Positions 8,365-17,882 are shown, counted from the stretch's first letter. The stretch: DNA of 61,881 nt from Phycisphaerae bacterium (GCA_026386845.1 JAPLMW010000039.1:1-61881); one strand, 5' to 3'. Numbers and translations: made by a program. Notes: generated by a model from the letters alone, not told the origin.

Positions 8365-9279
8365 ATGGATTCACAAAAAGCCAAAATTAATATTTCAGGA
8401 ACAGTATTTGTCATAATTGCGGTTCTAAGCTGGGTCCCCGGCCCTGTAATTATCAAGTATCTGACGAACTATGTGGACTTCTGGACCCAAAACCTTTTGC
8501 GTTATACCACGGCAATGATAATGTTTCTGCCGATACTCGTATTTTCGATAAAGACCCGCAAAGTCGATTCATCAATATGGCGAAAGGCGCTGCTGCCCGC
8601 CATTCCTAACATTTCCGCTCAGTGTCTTTGGGCATCGGCGCTTTATTATATCAACCCCGCTTTTATGACCCTGCTCAGCCAGTCACAGCTTTTATGGACA
8701 ATGGCGATTTCAATGGCGTTATTCGCCGATGAAAGGCCGCTGCTCGGCAACAGGCGATTCCTTTTTGGCACTTTGACGGCAATTATCGGTCTTGTCGGCG
8801 TCATCACGCTAAAGCACGATTTTACCGCCAGGGCTTCCGTCATCGGCATCGTGATTTCGCTCGGCTGGGCCATAAACTGGAGTTTGTATTCGGTAGCGGC
8901 AAAAACAGCATTGAAAAATATCGACTCGGCCGCAGGTTTTGCCGTCATATCTATATATACAACGGTGCCGCTGGCTATCCTGGCATTTATTTTCGGACAC
9001 GTCGGACAGTGCACTTCAATGAGTTCTTCAGCGTGGATTTATCTGATAATTTCGGGAATATCGAGCATAGCGATTTCGCATAGCTGTTATTACGCCGCGA
9101 TAAAAAGAATGGGCGCGACTATTCCGTCGCTTGCCGTCCTTGCGCAGCCGTTTCTGATTCTGCTCGTATCACACATCCTATTTAACGAAACCCTCAGTCC
9201 CGCGCAATGGCTTTTCGGAATTATACTTATCGCAGGCGCGGCCATTGCCGTCCTGGCACGGGAACACCTGAAAAAATGA
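8365..9279 (+). CDS. EamA/DMT family transporter
   Basis: About ten hydrophobic helices in two EamA-like halves. ATG 8365 (preceded by AAAGG) is preferred over TTG 8317. Confidence 0.8.
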   Translation: MDSQKAKINISGTVFVIIAVLSWVPGPVIIKYLTNYVDFWTQNLLRYTTAMIMFLPILVFSIKTRKVDSSIWRKALLPAIPNISAQCLWASALYYINPAFMTLLSQSQLLWTMAISMALFADERPLLGNRRFLFGTLTAIIGLVGVITLKHDFTARASVIGIVISLGWAINWSLYSVAAKTALKNIDSAAGFAVISIYTTVPLAILAFIFGHVGQCTSMSSSAWIYLIISGISSIAISHSCYYAAIKRMGATIPSLAVLAQPFLILLVSHILFNETLSPAQWLFGIILIAGAAIAVLAREHLKK

Positions 9280-9299
9280 ATTTTCCTGAAAATTCTTCT

Positions 9300-9350
9300 T
9301 GACCATCCTGAACAAATCCGATACTATGTGATTATATAATCACATAGTAA
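9300..9350 (+). promoter_or_regulatory. candidate sigma-70 promoter (TTGACC-N17-TACTAT) overlapped by a 28-bp perfect palindrome (putative ArsR operator)
   Basis: TTGACC at 9300-9305 and TACTAT at 9323-9328. The palindrome TACTATGTGATTAT/ATAATCACATAGTA spans 9323-9350, 20 nt upstream of arsR. Confidence 0.5.
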
Positions 9351-9369
9351 TATAGTAAAGGCAGACATT

Positions 9370-9699
9370 ATGGATAAAAAATCACGAAATATGCTTTATG
9401 ACAGACAGGCCGAAATTCTAAAAGCTCTGGCACATCCGCTGCGGATTGCGATACTTGACTATTTAAAGGACGGCGAGCAGTGCGTCTGCGATATCGCAAA
9501 ACACGTGGCCTCCGAACGGTCCAACGTATCAAGACATCTTGCGATAATGGTTTCCTGTGGTGTCCTTGAATGCCGCAAAGACGGACTCAATGTAATATAC
9601 CGCTTAAAAGCCAGATGTATTCTGGACTTTTTAGAATGCGCAACAACCTGTCTCAAACAGCAGGCAAATGAAAATGTAAAACTCCTGAGAGCCATCTGA
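9370..9699 (+). CDS. arsR: ArsR/SmtB family transcriptional repressor
   Basis: LKALAHPLRIAILDYL, a CVCDI metal-site-like motif and the SNVSRHL recognition helix. Confidence 0.85.
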   Translation: MDKKSRNMLYDRQAEILKALAHPLRIAILDYLKDGEQCVCDIAKHVASERSNVSRHLAIMVSCGVLECRKDGLNVIYRLKARCILDFLECATTCLKQQANENVKLLRAI

Positions 9700-9700
9700 T

Positions 9701-10873
9701 ATGAGCATAAAATCTGAAAGCAAAAAATTACTTTTAATCGTTACCGCCTTTTTAGTTCTCTATTTTTTACCTGTCGGCACTGGACGTTTTGATAATGCTA
9801 TAATGCAGTCTCTACTGCTCGTTAAATGGTATGCAAGAGAACATGTTCTTTTGTGTCTTGTGCCTGCGTTTTTCATAGCTGGAGCTATTTCGGTTTTTGT
9901 AAGCCAGGCTTCGGTTATGAAATATCTGGGCGCAAAAGCAAATAAATTTCTCGCGTATGGTGTCGCTTCTATTTCCGGCACAATTCTTGCCGTCTGTTCC
10001 TGCACGGTTCTGCCGCTCTTTGCCGGCATTTATAAAATGGGCGCGGGTCTTGGCCCCGCCTGTGCGTTTCTTTATTCCGGCCCGGCGATAAATGTTCTTG
10101 CGATTATCCTGACAGCGAGAATTCTCGGTTTTCAACTTGGTCTTGCAAGGGCTGTCGGGGCAATTGCATTCAGTGTCATAATCGGTTTACTAATGCATTT
10201 TATATATCGCAAAGAAGAAATCCAAAGGGCTGATAACGCGATGGCCTTTCCCGAAGATGAAAAACACAGACCGCTTTGGCAGAACAGTTTGTATTTTGCC
10301 TCGATGGTCGCTGTTTTAGTCTTTGCAAACTGGGCAAAACCGATTGACTCCGGCGGGGTATGGGCTGCAATCTATTCGGTAAAATGGATTATAACCGCTG
10401 TCAGTCTGGCGGCATTGATTGTGTTTCTGGCGTTATGGTTCAGCAAAAAGGATTTAGCCGACTGGACAAGCACAACCTGGGACTTTTCAAAACAGATTTT
10501 GCCTTTGCTTTTTGCTGGTGTTATTGCATCAGGCTTTCTGCTCGGCACACCATCTGGCGAAGGCGTTATTCCTTCAAAATGGGTCTCTGCCGCCGTTGGC
10601 GGAAATTCATTCCGAGCAAATTTCTTTGCTTCGGTCGTTGCCGCATTTATGTATTTTGCAACCTTGACGGAAGTGCCGATACTTCAGGGATTAATTAACG
10701 CCGGTATGGGCAAAGGTCCCGCCCTTGCGTTATTGCTCGCAGGCCCGGCATTATCGCTGCCGAGTATGCTTGTTCTTCGCAGTATAATGGGAACACAAAA
10801 AACAGTTGTTTACGTATCTTTAGTAATTGTAATGGCTACGATTTCAGGAATGTTTTTCGGAGCATTCTTCTGA
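9701..10873 (+). CDS. predicted permease (PF03773/ArsP_1, YraQ-like)
   Basis: Multi-TM protein with the AVCSCTVLPLF motif. It lies directly downstream of arsR. Confidence 0.65.
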   Translation: MSIKSESKKLLLIVTAFLVLYFLPVGTGRFDNAIMQSLLLVKWYAREHVLLCLVPAFFIAGAISVFVSQASVMKYLGAKANKFLAYGVASISGTILAVCSCTVLPLFAGIYKMGAGLGPACAFLYSGPAINVLAIILTARILGFQLGLARAVGAIAFSVIIGLLMHFIYRKEEIQRADNAMAFPEDEKHRPLWQNSLYFASMVAVLVFANWAKPIDSGGVWAAIYSVKWIITAVSLAALIVFLALWFSKKDLADWTSTTWDFSKQILPLLFAGVIASGFLLGTPSGEGVIPSKWVSAAVGGNSFRANFFASVVAAFMYFATLTEVPILQGLINAGMGKGPALALLLAGPALSLPSMLVLRSIMGTQKTVVYVSLVIVMATISGMFFGAFF

Positions 10874-10911
10874 AAGTGCATAAGTAATGAAACAAATCAA
10901 AGGATAGAATT

Positions 10912-11601
10912 ATGAAAGAGATGAAATCGGAAAATTGTGCCCCGGGATGTAATTGCGGTAAACCTTCGGGAAATACAAAAGCAAAGGCTGCGGTCTGCGT
11001 TATCGTGCTGTTAGCAATATGCGGCATTTTTGTTTATAAGGCAAAGAGTGCAAAACAGACCGCCCCGGCTAATACGGAAACCGCTTTTGCCCCCACTCTT
11101 GTAAATGAAGTAAATGAACAGAAACCAGCAGTCCCGATTATTGACAAACAGAAACCTGTAGTCGAACCGGTCGAGAATAAAAAAAGAGTAGGCCAGTTCA
11201 TAGATTCACTTGCTTCACTGAATAAAGTAGCTGTAAATCAGGACGCCGTATTTGTCTTTGTCCCCGCTATGGGGGAAGAAACGGTCAGTAAGGAAACCAT
11301 AGATGCAATTACGTCTGCTGAACAAAAATTAAAATCCAACGGCATAAACATCGGCTTATACACCTTACAGTTTTCGCCATCTAATGAATACGCCAATATC
11401 GCATCTCAACTGACCTTGCCGGGTATGCTGGTAATGAGCAAAGGCCGTGGTGTTGGAGCTGTATCTGGAGAAATAACTGAAACAAAACTGCTGCAGGCCT
11501 ATGTCGCTTCTTCTCGTACAGCAGGCTGCGGGCCATCATCAAGTTGCGGACCCTCTACCCCAGGTTGTGGACCTTCAGCCCCAGCCCCAGGAAGTAAATA
11601 A
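10912..11601 (+). CDS. membrane-anchored Cys-rich protein with a thioredoxin-sized domain
   Basis: N-terminal CAPGCNCG, one TM helix and a C-terminal GCGPSSSCGPSTPGCGPS tail. No CxxC occurs in the central domain. Confidence 0.5.
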   Translation: MKEMKSENCAPGCNCGKPSGNTKAKAAVCVIVLLAICGIFVYKAKSAKQTAPANTETAFAPTLVNEVNEQKPAVPIIDKQKPVVEPVENKKRVGQFIDSLASLNKVAVNQDAVFVFVPAMGEETVSKETIDAITSAEQKLKSNGINIGLYTLQFSPSNEYANIASQLTLPGMLVMSKGRGVGAVSGEITETKLLQAYVASSRTAGCGPSSSCGPSTPGCGPSAPAPGSK

Positions 11602-11611
11602 GGCTGTTGTA

Positions 11612-12307
11612 ATGCTTGAGTATATTACAAACACATTGCAGAAAGTAGCTTCAGAACCATTGGGGCTTGTTTTTGCCTTGATTCTTGGAGTGGTCAGTGC
11701 CGCCACAAGTGCTTGCTGCACATTACCCGCTATGGGAATACTTGTCGGATATTCAGGAACCAGGGTTGATACTAATCGCAAAGACGTTTTCAGGTCTGCT
11801 TTGCTCTTTACCTTTGGCACAATCATTTCTTTAATGATTATCGGGGGAATCGCCGGCTTCGTTGGTCAGGTTGCACAGAATACCTTGGGGCGATACTGGA
11901 AAGTGTTCGCGGGAGTTGTAGCGATATTCTTTGGACTGGCTGCCCTTAAATTGCTGCCATTCAAGCTCTCTTTCGGAAACTACGGGAAATCTATACATAG
12001 TTCCGGAAGAATCGGGACTGTTCTTGCTGGACTTGTTATGGGCGGCATTGTCGCAGTGAGTTCTCTTCCCTGCAATCCGGGGATATTTATTGTTCTTGGC
12101 GCGGCAATTTTACAAGGGCGTGTTATATGGGCAACACTTCTATTAGCAATGTTTGCCGTTGGCTTCAGTATTCCGCTTGGTATAATTTTATTTGGTGTTT
12201 CACTGGGCAAGATGAGCCTCGTTGCCAAGAATGCGGATGTGGCAATCCGATGGATTTCAGGGGTAATCCTGTTGGTTGCAGGTTTCTATTTTCTAATCAC
12301 ATTTTGA
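11612..12307 (+). CDS. ccdA: CcdA/DsbD-family thiol-disulfide transporter
   Basis: Six TM helices with Cys in SACCTLP and SLPCNPG. ATG 11612 was chosen because the ORF-track start at 11501 overlaps the previous gene. Confidence 0.75.
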   Translation: MLEYITNTLQKVASEPLGLVFALILGVVSAATSACCTLPAMGILVGYSGTRVDTNRKDVFRSALLFTFGTIISLMIIGGIAGFVGQVAQNTLGRYWKVFAGVVAIFFGLAALKLLPFKLSFGNYGKSIHSSGRIGTVLAGLVMGGIVAVSSLPCNPGIFIVLGAAILQGRVIWATLLLAMFAVGFSIPLGIILFGVSLGKMSLVAKNADVAIRWISGVILLVAGFYFLITF

Positions 12308-12321
12308 AAGGCTCTTATTCG

Positions 12322-13140
12322 ATGGAATCAAATGAAAAAATTAGGGAAACAGTTCGCAAGGGATATACAGATATAGCCAAAGGCAAATCCGGCTGCGGTT
12401 GCGGCTGCGGCTCATCGTCGCCCGGCAAACTCGCCGAAGGAATAGGCTACACAAGCCAGGAACTTGAGATTTTGCCGGATGGCGCAAATATGGGCCTTTC
12501 CTGCGGCAATCCAACTGCTGTTGCTAATCTCAAAGCAGGTCAAACCGTTTTAGACCTTGGCAGTGGAGGCGGCTTTGATGTCTTTATCGCGGCCGGAAAA
12601 GTTGGACCAAAGGGTAAATCTATCGGTGTCGATATGACGCCTGATATGCTCAGTAAGGCAAGGGCGGGCATTTCTAAATTTACAAAAAAGACAGGACTTT
12701 CCAATGTAGAATTCAGACTTGGCGAAATCGAACATCTGCCTGTCGCGGATAACAGTATTGATGTTGTTATTTCAAATTGTGTAATAAATCTTTCGCCGGA
12801 TAAGCAGCAGGTATGGAATGAAATTGCCCGCGTGTTGAAACCCGGCGGCAAAGCCTGTATCTCTGACCTTGCATTAAAAGAGCCTTTGCCGAAGGAAGTT
12901 CTTAAATCCGCGGCCGCACTGGTAAGCTGTGTCGCCGGCGCCGTTCTCATCGATGAAACCATTGAAATGGCTAAAAACGCGGGTCTGGCTGATATTAAGA
13001 TAGAGGAAAAAGCATATAATATTGATGTAATGGCAGATTGCAGCGACCCGCTTTACAGAGAGGTTAAGGATTTTCTGCCGCAAGGCAAAAAACTTAGCGA
13101 TTATATCGTCAGTATCAATGTTACAGCATTTAAGCCTTGA
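12322..13140 (+). CDS. arsM: arsenite S-adenosylmethionine methyltransferase
   Basis: SAM motif [13 protein letters not shown]. Cys clusters at GCGCGCG, LSCGNP and NCVINL. ATG 12322 was chosen as the start. Confidence 0.85.
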   Translation: MESNEKIRETVRKGYTDIAKGKSGCGCGCGSSSPGKLAEGIGYTSQELEILPDGANMGLSCGNPTAVANLKAGQTVLDLGSGGGFDVFIAAGKVGPKGKSIGVDMTPDMLSKARAGISKFTKKTGLSNVEFRLGEIEHLPVADNSIDVVISNCVINLSPDKQQVWNEIARVLKPGGKACISDLALKEPLPKEVLKSAAALVSCVAGAVLIDETIEMAKNAGLADIKIEEKAYNIDVMADCSDPLYREVKDFLPQGKKLSDYIVSINVTAFKP

Positions 13141-13186
13141 GCAGGGATGGCAGTATCGCAATTGTAAAAAAGAAAGGAATTTAAAT

Positions 13187-14386
13187 ATGAAAGAAGAAAA
13201 AGCAGAACAGTTTCAGGCGAAAGGATTAAATGTTTTTGAAAAATATCTTACGGTATGGGTTATATTGTGCATTATAGGCGGGATTGTCCTGGGCAAGGTT
13301 GCTCCGCAATTTGCAAAGTCGCTGGATGGGATGTCTATTTATGTCGGCGGCGCTCCGGTTGTTTCAATCCCAATCGCGATATGCCTTTTCTTTATGATGT
13401 ATCCGATTATGGTCAAGATTGACTTTGCCGAAGTCTTGCAGGCCGGCAAAAGCATAAAACCTGTCGGTCTGACGTTATTTGTTAACTGGGCGATTAAACC
13501 TTTTACAATGTATGCCATTGCCGTATTTTTCCTCGGCACATTATTTCGCGGCTTTATTGGCCCCGATGCGATGGATTTGGTCAAAATGCCGTTTGGTATG
13601 GATTTGCCGGTTGGTGCTCAGTATGGTGTTGGTACTATTGTTATGGACAATGGTATCAAAATGCTGCAAATTCCGCTGTGGAGAAGTTATTTAGCCGGCT
13701 GCATACTGCTGGGCATCGCGCCTTGTACCGCAATGGTTTTAGTTTGGGGCTATCTTGCCAAAGGCAACGACGGCCACACCCTTATTATGGTTGCTATTAA
13801 TTCTCTGTCAATGCTGTTGCTGTATGGGCCTTTAGGTGGATTTTTATTAGGTGTAGGCAGACTGCCTGTCCCCTGGCAGGCTCTGGCATTGTCGATAGTG
13901 ATTTATGTCGCTCTGCCGCTTTTGGCGGGATTTATTTCAAGAAAATGGATTATCGCCCATAAAGGCCCCGTGTGGTTCGAGGAAAAATTCCTCCACGTGC
14001 TTACGCCGATTACGATTATCGCACTGCTGGTAACTCTTGTACTTCTGTTCTCCTTCAAGGGCGAAACCATTATTTCAAATCCGCTGACCATTCTCTGGAT
14101 TGCGGTGCCTCTCTTTATACAGACAATGCTTATTTTTACGATAGGCTATTGGCTGTCAAAACCGTTGAAATTGTCGTATGCCGATGCCGCTCCATCAGCA
14201 ATGATAGGCGCTTCGAACCATTTCGAAGTCGCAATCGCAACAGCAACAATGCTTTTTGGCTTATCTTCCGGTGCAGCACTTGCGACAGTTGTCGGCGTTC
14301 TTATTGAAGTGCCGGTAATGCTGATGCTTGTAAAAATATGCTTAAAAACACAAGGTTGGTTTGCTGTAAAGAAGCAGGAAGTATAA
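13187..14386 (+). CDS. acr3: ACR3 family arsenite efflux transporter
   Basis: Ten TM helices and the conserved [10 protein letters not shown] motif. ATG 13187 was chosen as the start. Confidence 0.9.
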   Translation: MKEEKAEQFQAKGLNVFEKYLTVWVILCIIGGIVLGKVAPQFAKSLDGMSIYVGGAPVVSIPIAICLFFMMYPIMVKIDFAEVLQAGKSIKPVGLTLFVNWAIKPFTMYAIAVFFLGTLFRGFIGPDAMDLVKMPFGMDLPVGAQYGVGTIVMDNGIKMLQIPLWRSYLAGCILLGIAPCTAMVLVWGYLAKGNDGHTLIMVAINSLSMLLLYGPLGGFLLGVGRLPVPWQALALSIVIYVALPLLAGFISRKWIIAHKGPVWFEEKFLHVLTPITIIALLVTLVLLFSFKGETIISNPLTILWIAVPLFIQTMLIFTIGYWLSKPLKLSYADAAPSAMIGASNHFEVAIATATMLFGLSSGAALATVVGVLIEVPVMLMLVKICLKTQGWFAVKKQEV

Positions 14387-14435
14387 TAATCGGTTAAAAA
14401 ATAGAATGAATAAAGGCCTAACTTAAGGGGGATGA

Positions 14436-14542
14436 ATCCCGTTAGACCTCTCTGGCTTACAAAGGTGTTCAAAGATATGGAAAGACATGTAAACTTTATA
14501 TTGTATAAATAACTTAAAAATAGGTTAGTGAGGTCTAACGGG
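14436..14542 (+). mobile_element. MITE-like deletion derivative of the GIY-YIG cassette (family 1)
   Basis: It has the same 13-bp TIRs (14438-14450 and 14530-14542). It shares the MNPVRPLW opening and the 15-nt CTTAAAAATAGGTTA (14513-14527, matching 887-901). It is flanked by ATGAA at 14432 and 14543. Confidence 0.65.
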
Positions 14543-14776
14543 ATGAAAAAATTACAAATACTCGGAACAGGCTGCCCCAAGTGCAAAAAACTTGCCGAAT
14601 TTGCTGAAACCGCAGCAAAAGAACTTGGTATTGAGTATGAAATTGAGAAAGTTACAAAGATTAATGATATAATGAAGTTCGGCGTTATGGTAACGCCCGC
14701 TCTTGTCGTTGATGGAAAAGTAAAAGTCGCCGGCAAAGTGCCTTCAATTGAAGAATTGAAGAATATGCTGAAATGA
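14543..14776 (+). CDS. thioredoxin-fold redox-active disulfide protein 2 family (77 aa)
   Basis: MKKLQILGTGCPKCKKL carries the CxxC motif. ATG 14543 is preferred over GTG 14528, which lies inside the repeat. Confidence 0.85.
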   Translation: MKKLQILGTGCPKCKKLAEFAETAAKELGIEYEIEKVTKINDIMKFGVMVTPALVVDGKVKVAGKVPSIEELKNMLK

Positions 14777-14805
14777 TGATGAACTCTTAAAAAGAGAAAA
14801 TTTTT

Positions 14806-15267
14806 ATGGTATTAAGATTATTGCAAATTGTTTGTCTGGTATCGGCAGTTTTTTATTTCGGCTGTCAGGAGCAAAAAACTCCTGTCAATTCAGACCGAAT
14901 ACTTAATCAGCAGACTGTCAACCAAGCAGATAAGACAATAGTTATAGCTTATTATTTTCATCGGACTTTTCGTTGTCCAACCTGTAGAGCTATCGAGGCA
15001 AAGGCAGCACAGGTGATCGAAAAGAATTTTGCTCAGGAGCTTGCCGATGGACGGCTGACGTGGATGCCGTTTAACCTGGATGACCCCGGCGGTAAAGAGT
15101 TCGAAAAAGAATTCGATATTTCTATCAGCACCCTTGTAATAGCAAAAATGAAAGGCGATAATAATACTGAATACAAAAAACTCGAGAAAGTATGGGAACT
15201 GGTGAATGATAACAAGGGATTTGCCGAGTATGTAACAAATGAATTGAATAACTATTTAATGCGTTGA
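14806..15267 (+). CDS. thioredoxin-like lipoprotein (CPTC motif)
   Basis: Signal peptide with a lipobox-like YFGC, followed by FRCPTCRAIE. Confidence 0.5.
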   Translation: MVLRLLQIVCLVSAVFYFGCQEQKTPVNSDRILNQQTVNQADKTIVIAYYFHRTFRCPTCRAIEAKAAQVIEKNFAQELADGRLTWMPFNLDDPGGKEFEKEFDISISTLVIAKMKGDNNTEYKKLEKVWELVNDNKGFAEYVTNELNNYLMR

Positions 15268-15302
15268 AAAACCGCGTTTAAACAGTTAAAGGAAATGCTC
15301 AA

Positions 15303-15818
15303 ATGAGAAATCTTTGGAAAGTAATTATTGTTTTGCTTCTTGTCTCGTCTGTCATCGCGGTTGTCTGGCTGAAAAATGCCGAAAATAAAAATCAGCCAAT
15401 ATCTGTTGAAGTTAAGCCTGTTGAGGTGCTTGAAGAAAAAACACGGGAAGCAAACCGGCCAGCCGAAAAATCGACTGAGCCGAATAATGCTCCGCTTGTT
15501 ATGACTGTTGAGGTGGTTGAGCCTGTAAAGAAATTGCCGCGATTAGTTGACCTCGGCGCAGATAAATGTATCCCCTGCAAGATGATGAAGCCTGTTCTCG
15601 AAGAACTTAACACAGAATATAAAGGCAAATTGCAGGTCGAATTTTACGATGTCTGGAAAGACCCGGCTCCCGGCCAGAAATATGGAATAAGGGTAATACC
15701 TACTCAGATTTTTTTGAGTCCCGACGGCAAAGAGCTTTTCCGCCACGAGGGATTCTTCTCAAAAGAAGATATTTTAGCGAAATGGAAAAAATTAGGATTT
15801 GACCTGTCTAAAAAATAA
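15303..15818 (+). CDS. membrane-anchored thioredoxin family protein
   Basis: N-terminal TM helix. Thioredoxin fold with DKCIPCKMM and VIPTQIF. Confidence 0.75.
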   Translation: MRNLWKVIIVLLLVSSVIAVVWLKNAENKNQPISVEVKPVEVLEEKTREANRPAEKSTEPNNAPLVMTVEVVEPVKKLPRLVDLGADKCIPCKMMKPVLEELNTEYKGKLQVEFYDVWKDPAPGQKYGIRVIPTQIFLSPDGKELFRHEGFFSKEDILAKWKKLGFDLSKK

Positions 15819-16516
15819 TGCAGCAATTATTTGAAAATCTGACTCGCGCCGTCGAAGGCACGGCTTTAATCGCCCTTGCCGCTTCTTTTATCTGGGGCAT
15901 TTTGAGCATTTTGCTCAGTCCCTGTCATCTGGCAAGTATCCCGCTTATTGTCGGCTTTATCGACGAACAGGGAAAAATTTCTACAAAAAGAGCTTTCTGG
16001 ATTTCGTTTCTTTTCGCGGCGGGAATACTTATAACCATCGGTCTTGTCGGCGTCATTACCGCTGCTGCCGGAAGAATAATGGGCGATGTCGGCAAATGGG
16101 GCAATTATTTCGTCGCTGTGATTTTCTTTCTTGTCGGCCTTCATCTGCTTGATGTAATCCCTATGCCGTTTTCAGGGCCGGGCTCTGTCGGTATGAAACA
16201 AAAAGGTCTGTTTGCCGCCTTTTTACTTGGTCTGGTCTTCGGCATTGCCATCGGCCCCTGCACTTTCGCTTATATGGCTCCGATGCTGGCCGTTACATTC
16301 AAAGTCGCTTCAAGTAATATCACTTACGGTATCTTGCTTTTGGTTGCCTATGGCATCGGCCATTGTTCAGTAATTGTCCTTGCAGGCACATTTACCGAAC
16401 TGGTCGAGCATTATTTGCACTGGAACGAAAAATCAAAGGGGGCGGTAATCCTCAAAAAAATCTGCGGCGTTCTTGTCCTTGCAGGCGGGCTTTATATGAT
16501 TTATACTGCCCCCTGA
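15818..16516 (+). CDS. ccdA: CcdA family cytochrome c biogenesis / thiol-disulfide transporter
   Basis: LLSPCHLASIPL and IGPCTFAYMAP motifs with six TM helices. Confidence 0.8.
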   Translation: MQQLFENLTRAVEGTALIALAASFIWGILSILLSPCHLASIPLIVGFIDEQGKISTKRAFWISFLFAAGILITIGLVGVITAAAGRIMGDVGKWGNYFVAVIFFLVGLHLLDVIPMPFSGPGSVGMKQKGLFAAFLLGLVFGIAIGPCTFAYMAPMLAVTFKVASSNITYGILLLVAYGIGHCSVIVLAGTFTELVEHYLHWNEKSKGAVILKKICGVLVLAGGLYMIYTAP

Positions 16517-16642
16517 TTTCTCTGATTTCTTAATTATTCGATTATATAACTCCTTGCTTTAATAACTTAAATTTCGTTATTTATGGAATGGTTAAATTAA
16601 ATTCGTTTTATATCTCGTTTTCCTCTGTGTCTCTGTGGTGAA
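16516..16642 (+). repeat. ~127-nt intergenic repeat (ATTTCTCTGA...CGTTTTATATCTC...TTCCTCTGTGTCTCTGTGGTGAA)
   Basis: Homologous along its full length to 23031-23195 and 23208-23337. It ends 6 nt before the MFS start codon. Confidence 0.75.
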
Positions 16643-16648
16643 AAACAA

Positions 16649-17815
16649 ATGGAAAATAATCGTTCATCGGCAATGAGGTTTATTTTGCTGCTGGGAGTCG
16701 TCAGTCTCCTTGCGGATGTAACTTATGAATCGGCACGAAGCCTGGCGGGGCCATATCTTGCTATCCTCGGCGCAAGCGGCGCCGTCGTCGGCATAACGGC
16801 TGGTCTTGGCGAACTGCTCGGCTACGGCCTGCGGTTCTTTTCCGGTCTGCTGAGCGACAAAACCCGGCGGTACTGGCTGATTACCATCATCGGTTATGTG
16901 GTAAATCTGCTGGCGGTTCCCCTGCTGGCGTTGACCCATCACTGGCCGATGGCGGTCGCTTTAATGATAACCGAGAGAATCGGCAAATCCATTCGCACTC
17001 CCGCCCGCGATGTAATGCTCTCTCACGCAACCGCTTCTGTCGGCAGAGGCTGGGGCTTTGCGGTTCACGAGGCTATGGACCAGATTGGCGCAATGACCGG
17101 CCCGGTTATTGTTATGATTGTTCTTGCGATTAGCGGTTCATACCGTTATGCCTTTGCGATTCTGGCAATACCGGCAATTCTGGCAATTATCGTTCTCTTA
17201 ATCGCCCGATTTAATTATCCGCATCCGCAAAAACTTGAAACCAAACAGGCCGAAATCGGCGATGGCAAATTGCCGACGGCATTCTGGATGTATCTGGGAG
17301 CTATCGGACTTGTCGCGGCTGGTTTCGCCGATTATCCGCTGATTGCGTTTCATATTAAACAGAATAATATTTTCGCGGACAAATGGATCCCCCTGCTTTA
17401 TGCCATCGCAATGGGCGTTGACGGCCTTGCCGCTCTGTTGTTCGGCAAATGGTACGATAAAAAGAAACTGCTTTCGCTGGCGACAGCTATAGCGATTTCG
17501 TCTCTCTTTGCGATTTTCGCGTTCTCGCTTTCGCCGATAGCGATTGTTGTTGGAATCTTGCTCTGGTCCGTAGGGATGGGTGCTCAGGAATCTATTATAA
17601 GAGCCGCGGTAGCCGATTTTGTCCCAACGGCCAAACGCGGCACAGGCTACGGTATTTTCAATGCAGGCTATGGTATATGCTGGTTTTTAGGCAGTGCGCT
17701 GATGGGCGTCCTTTATGATTTTTCGCTTGTCTCGCTTATCGCTTTTTCCGTTGTTTCCCAAGCCGCTTCGCTGCCGCTGCTTATCGGCACGCAAAAACAC
17801 TTTGCCGGAAAATAA
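16649..17815 (+). CDS. MFS transporter
   Basis: 388 aa with about 12 hydrophobic helices and a typical MFS layout. Confidence 0.8.
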   Translation: MENNRSSAMRFILLLGVVSLLADVTYESARSLAGPYLAILGASGAVVGITAGLGELLGYGLRFFSGLLSDKTRRYWLITIIGYVVNLLAVPLLALTHHWPMAVALMITERIGKSIRTPARDVMLSHATASVGRGWGFAVHEAMDQIGAMTGPVIVMIVLAISGSYRYAFAILAIPAILAIIVLLIARFNYPHPQKLETKQAEIGDGKLPTAFWMYLGAIGLVAAGFADYPLIAFHIKQNNIFADKWIPLLYAIAMGVDGLAALLFGKWYDKKKLLSLATAIAISSLFAIFAFSLSPIAIVVGILLWSVGMGAQESIIRAAVADFVPTAKRGTGYGIFNAGYGICWFLGSALMGVLYDFSLVSLIAFSVVSQAASLPLLIGTQKHFAGK

Positions 17816-17882
17816 GCTGGTTTAAATTGCCTTCTTCTGGTAAAATGTCGATACACAGATAAATTTCGTTTAAAGGCATATA

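Noticed and set aside
9254-9270. Sigma-54 promoters (TGGCAC-N5-TTGC), searched for because rpoN is present
   Set aside because: The TGGCAC hexamers I saw (for example 9254-9259, 35234-35239 and 61434-61439) lack TTGC at the correct spacing and lie inside coding regions.
14146-14736. 196-aa ORF on the minus strand
   Set aside because: It runs antisense to the acr3 3' end, the MITE and the thioredoxin-fold gene.
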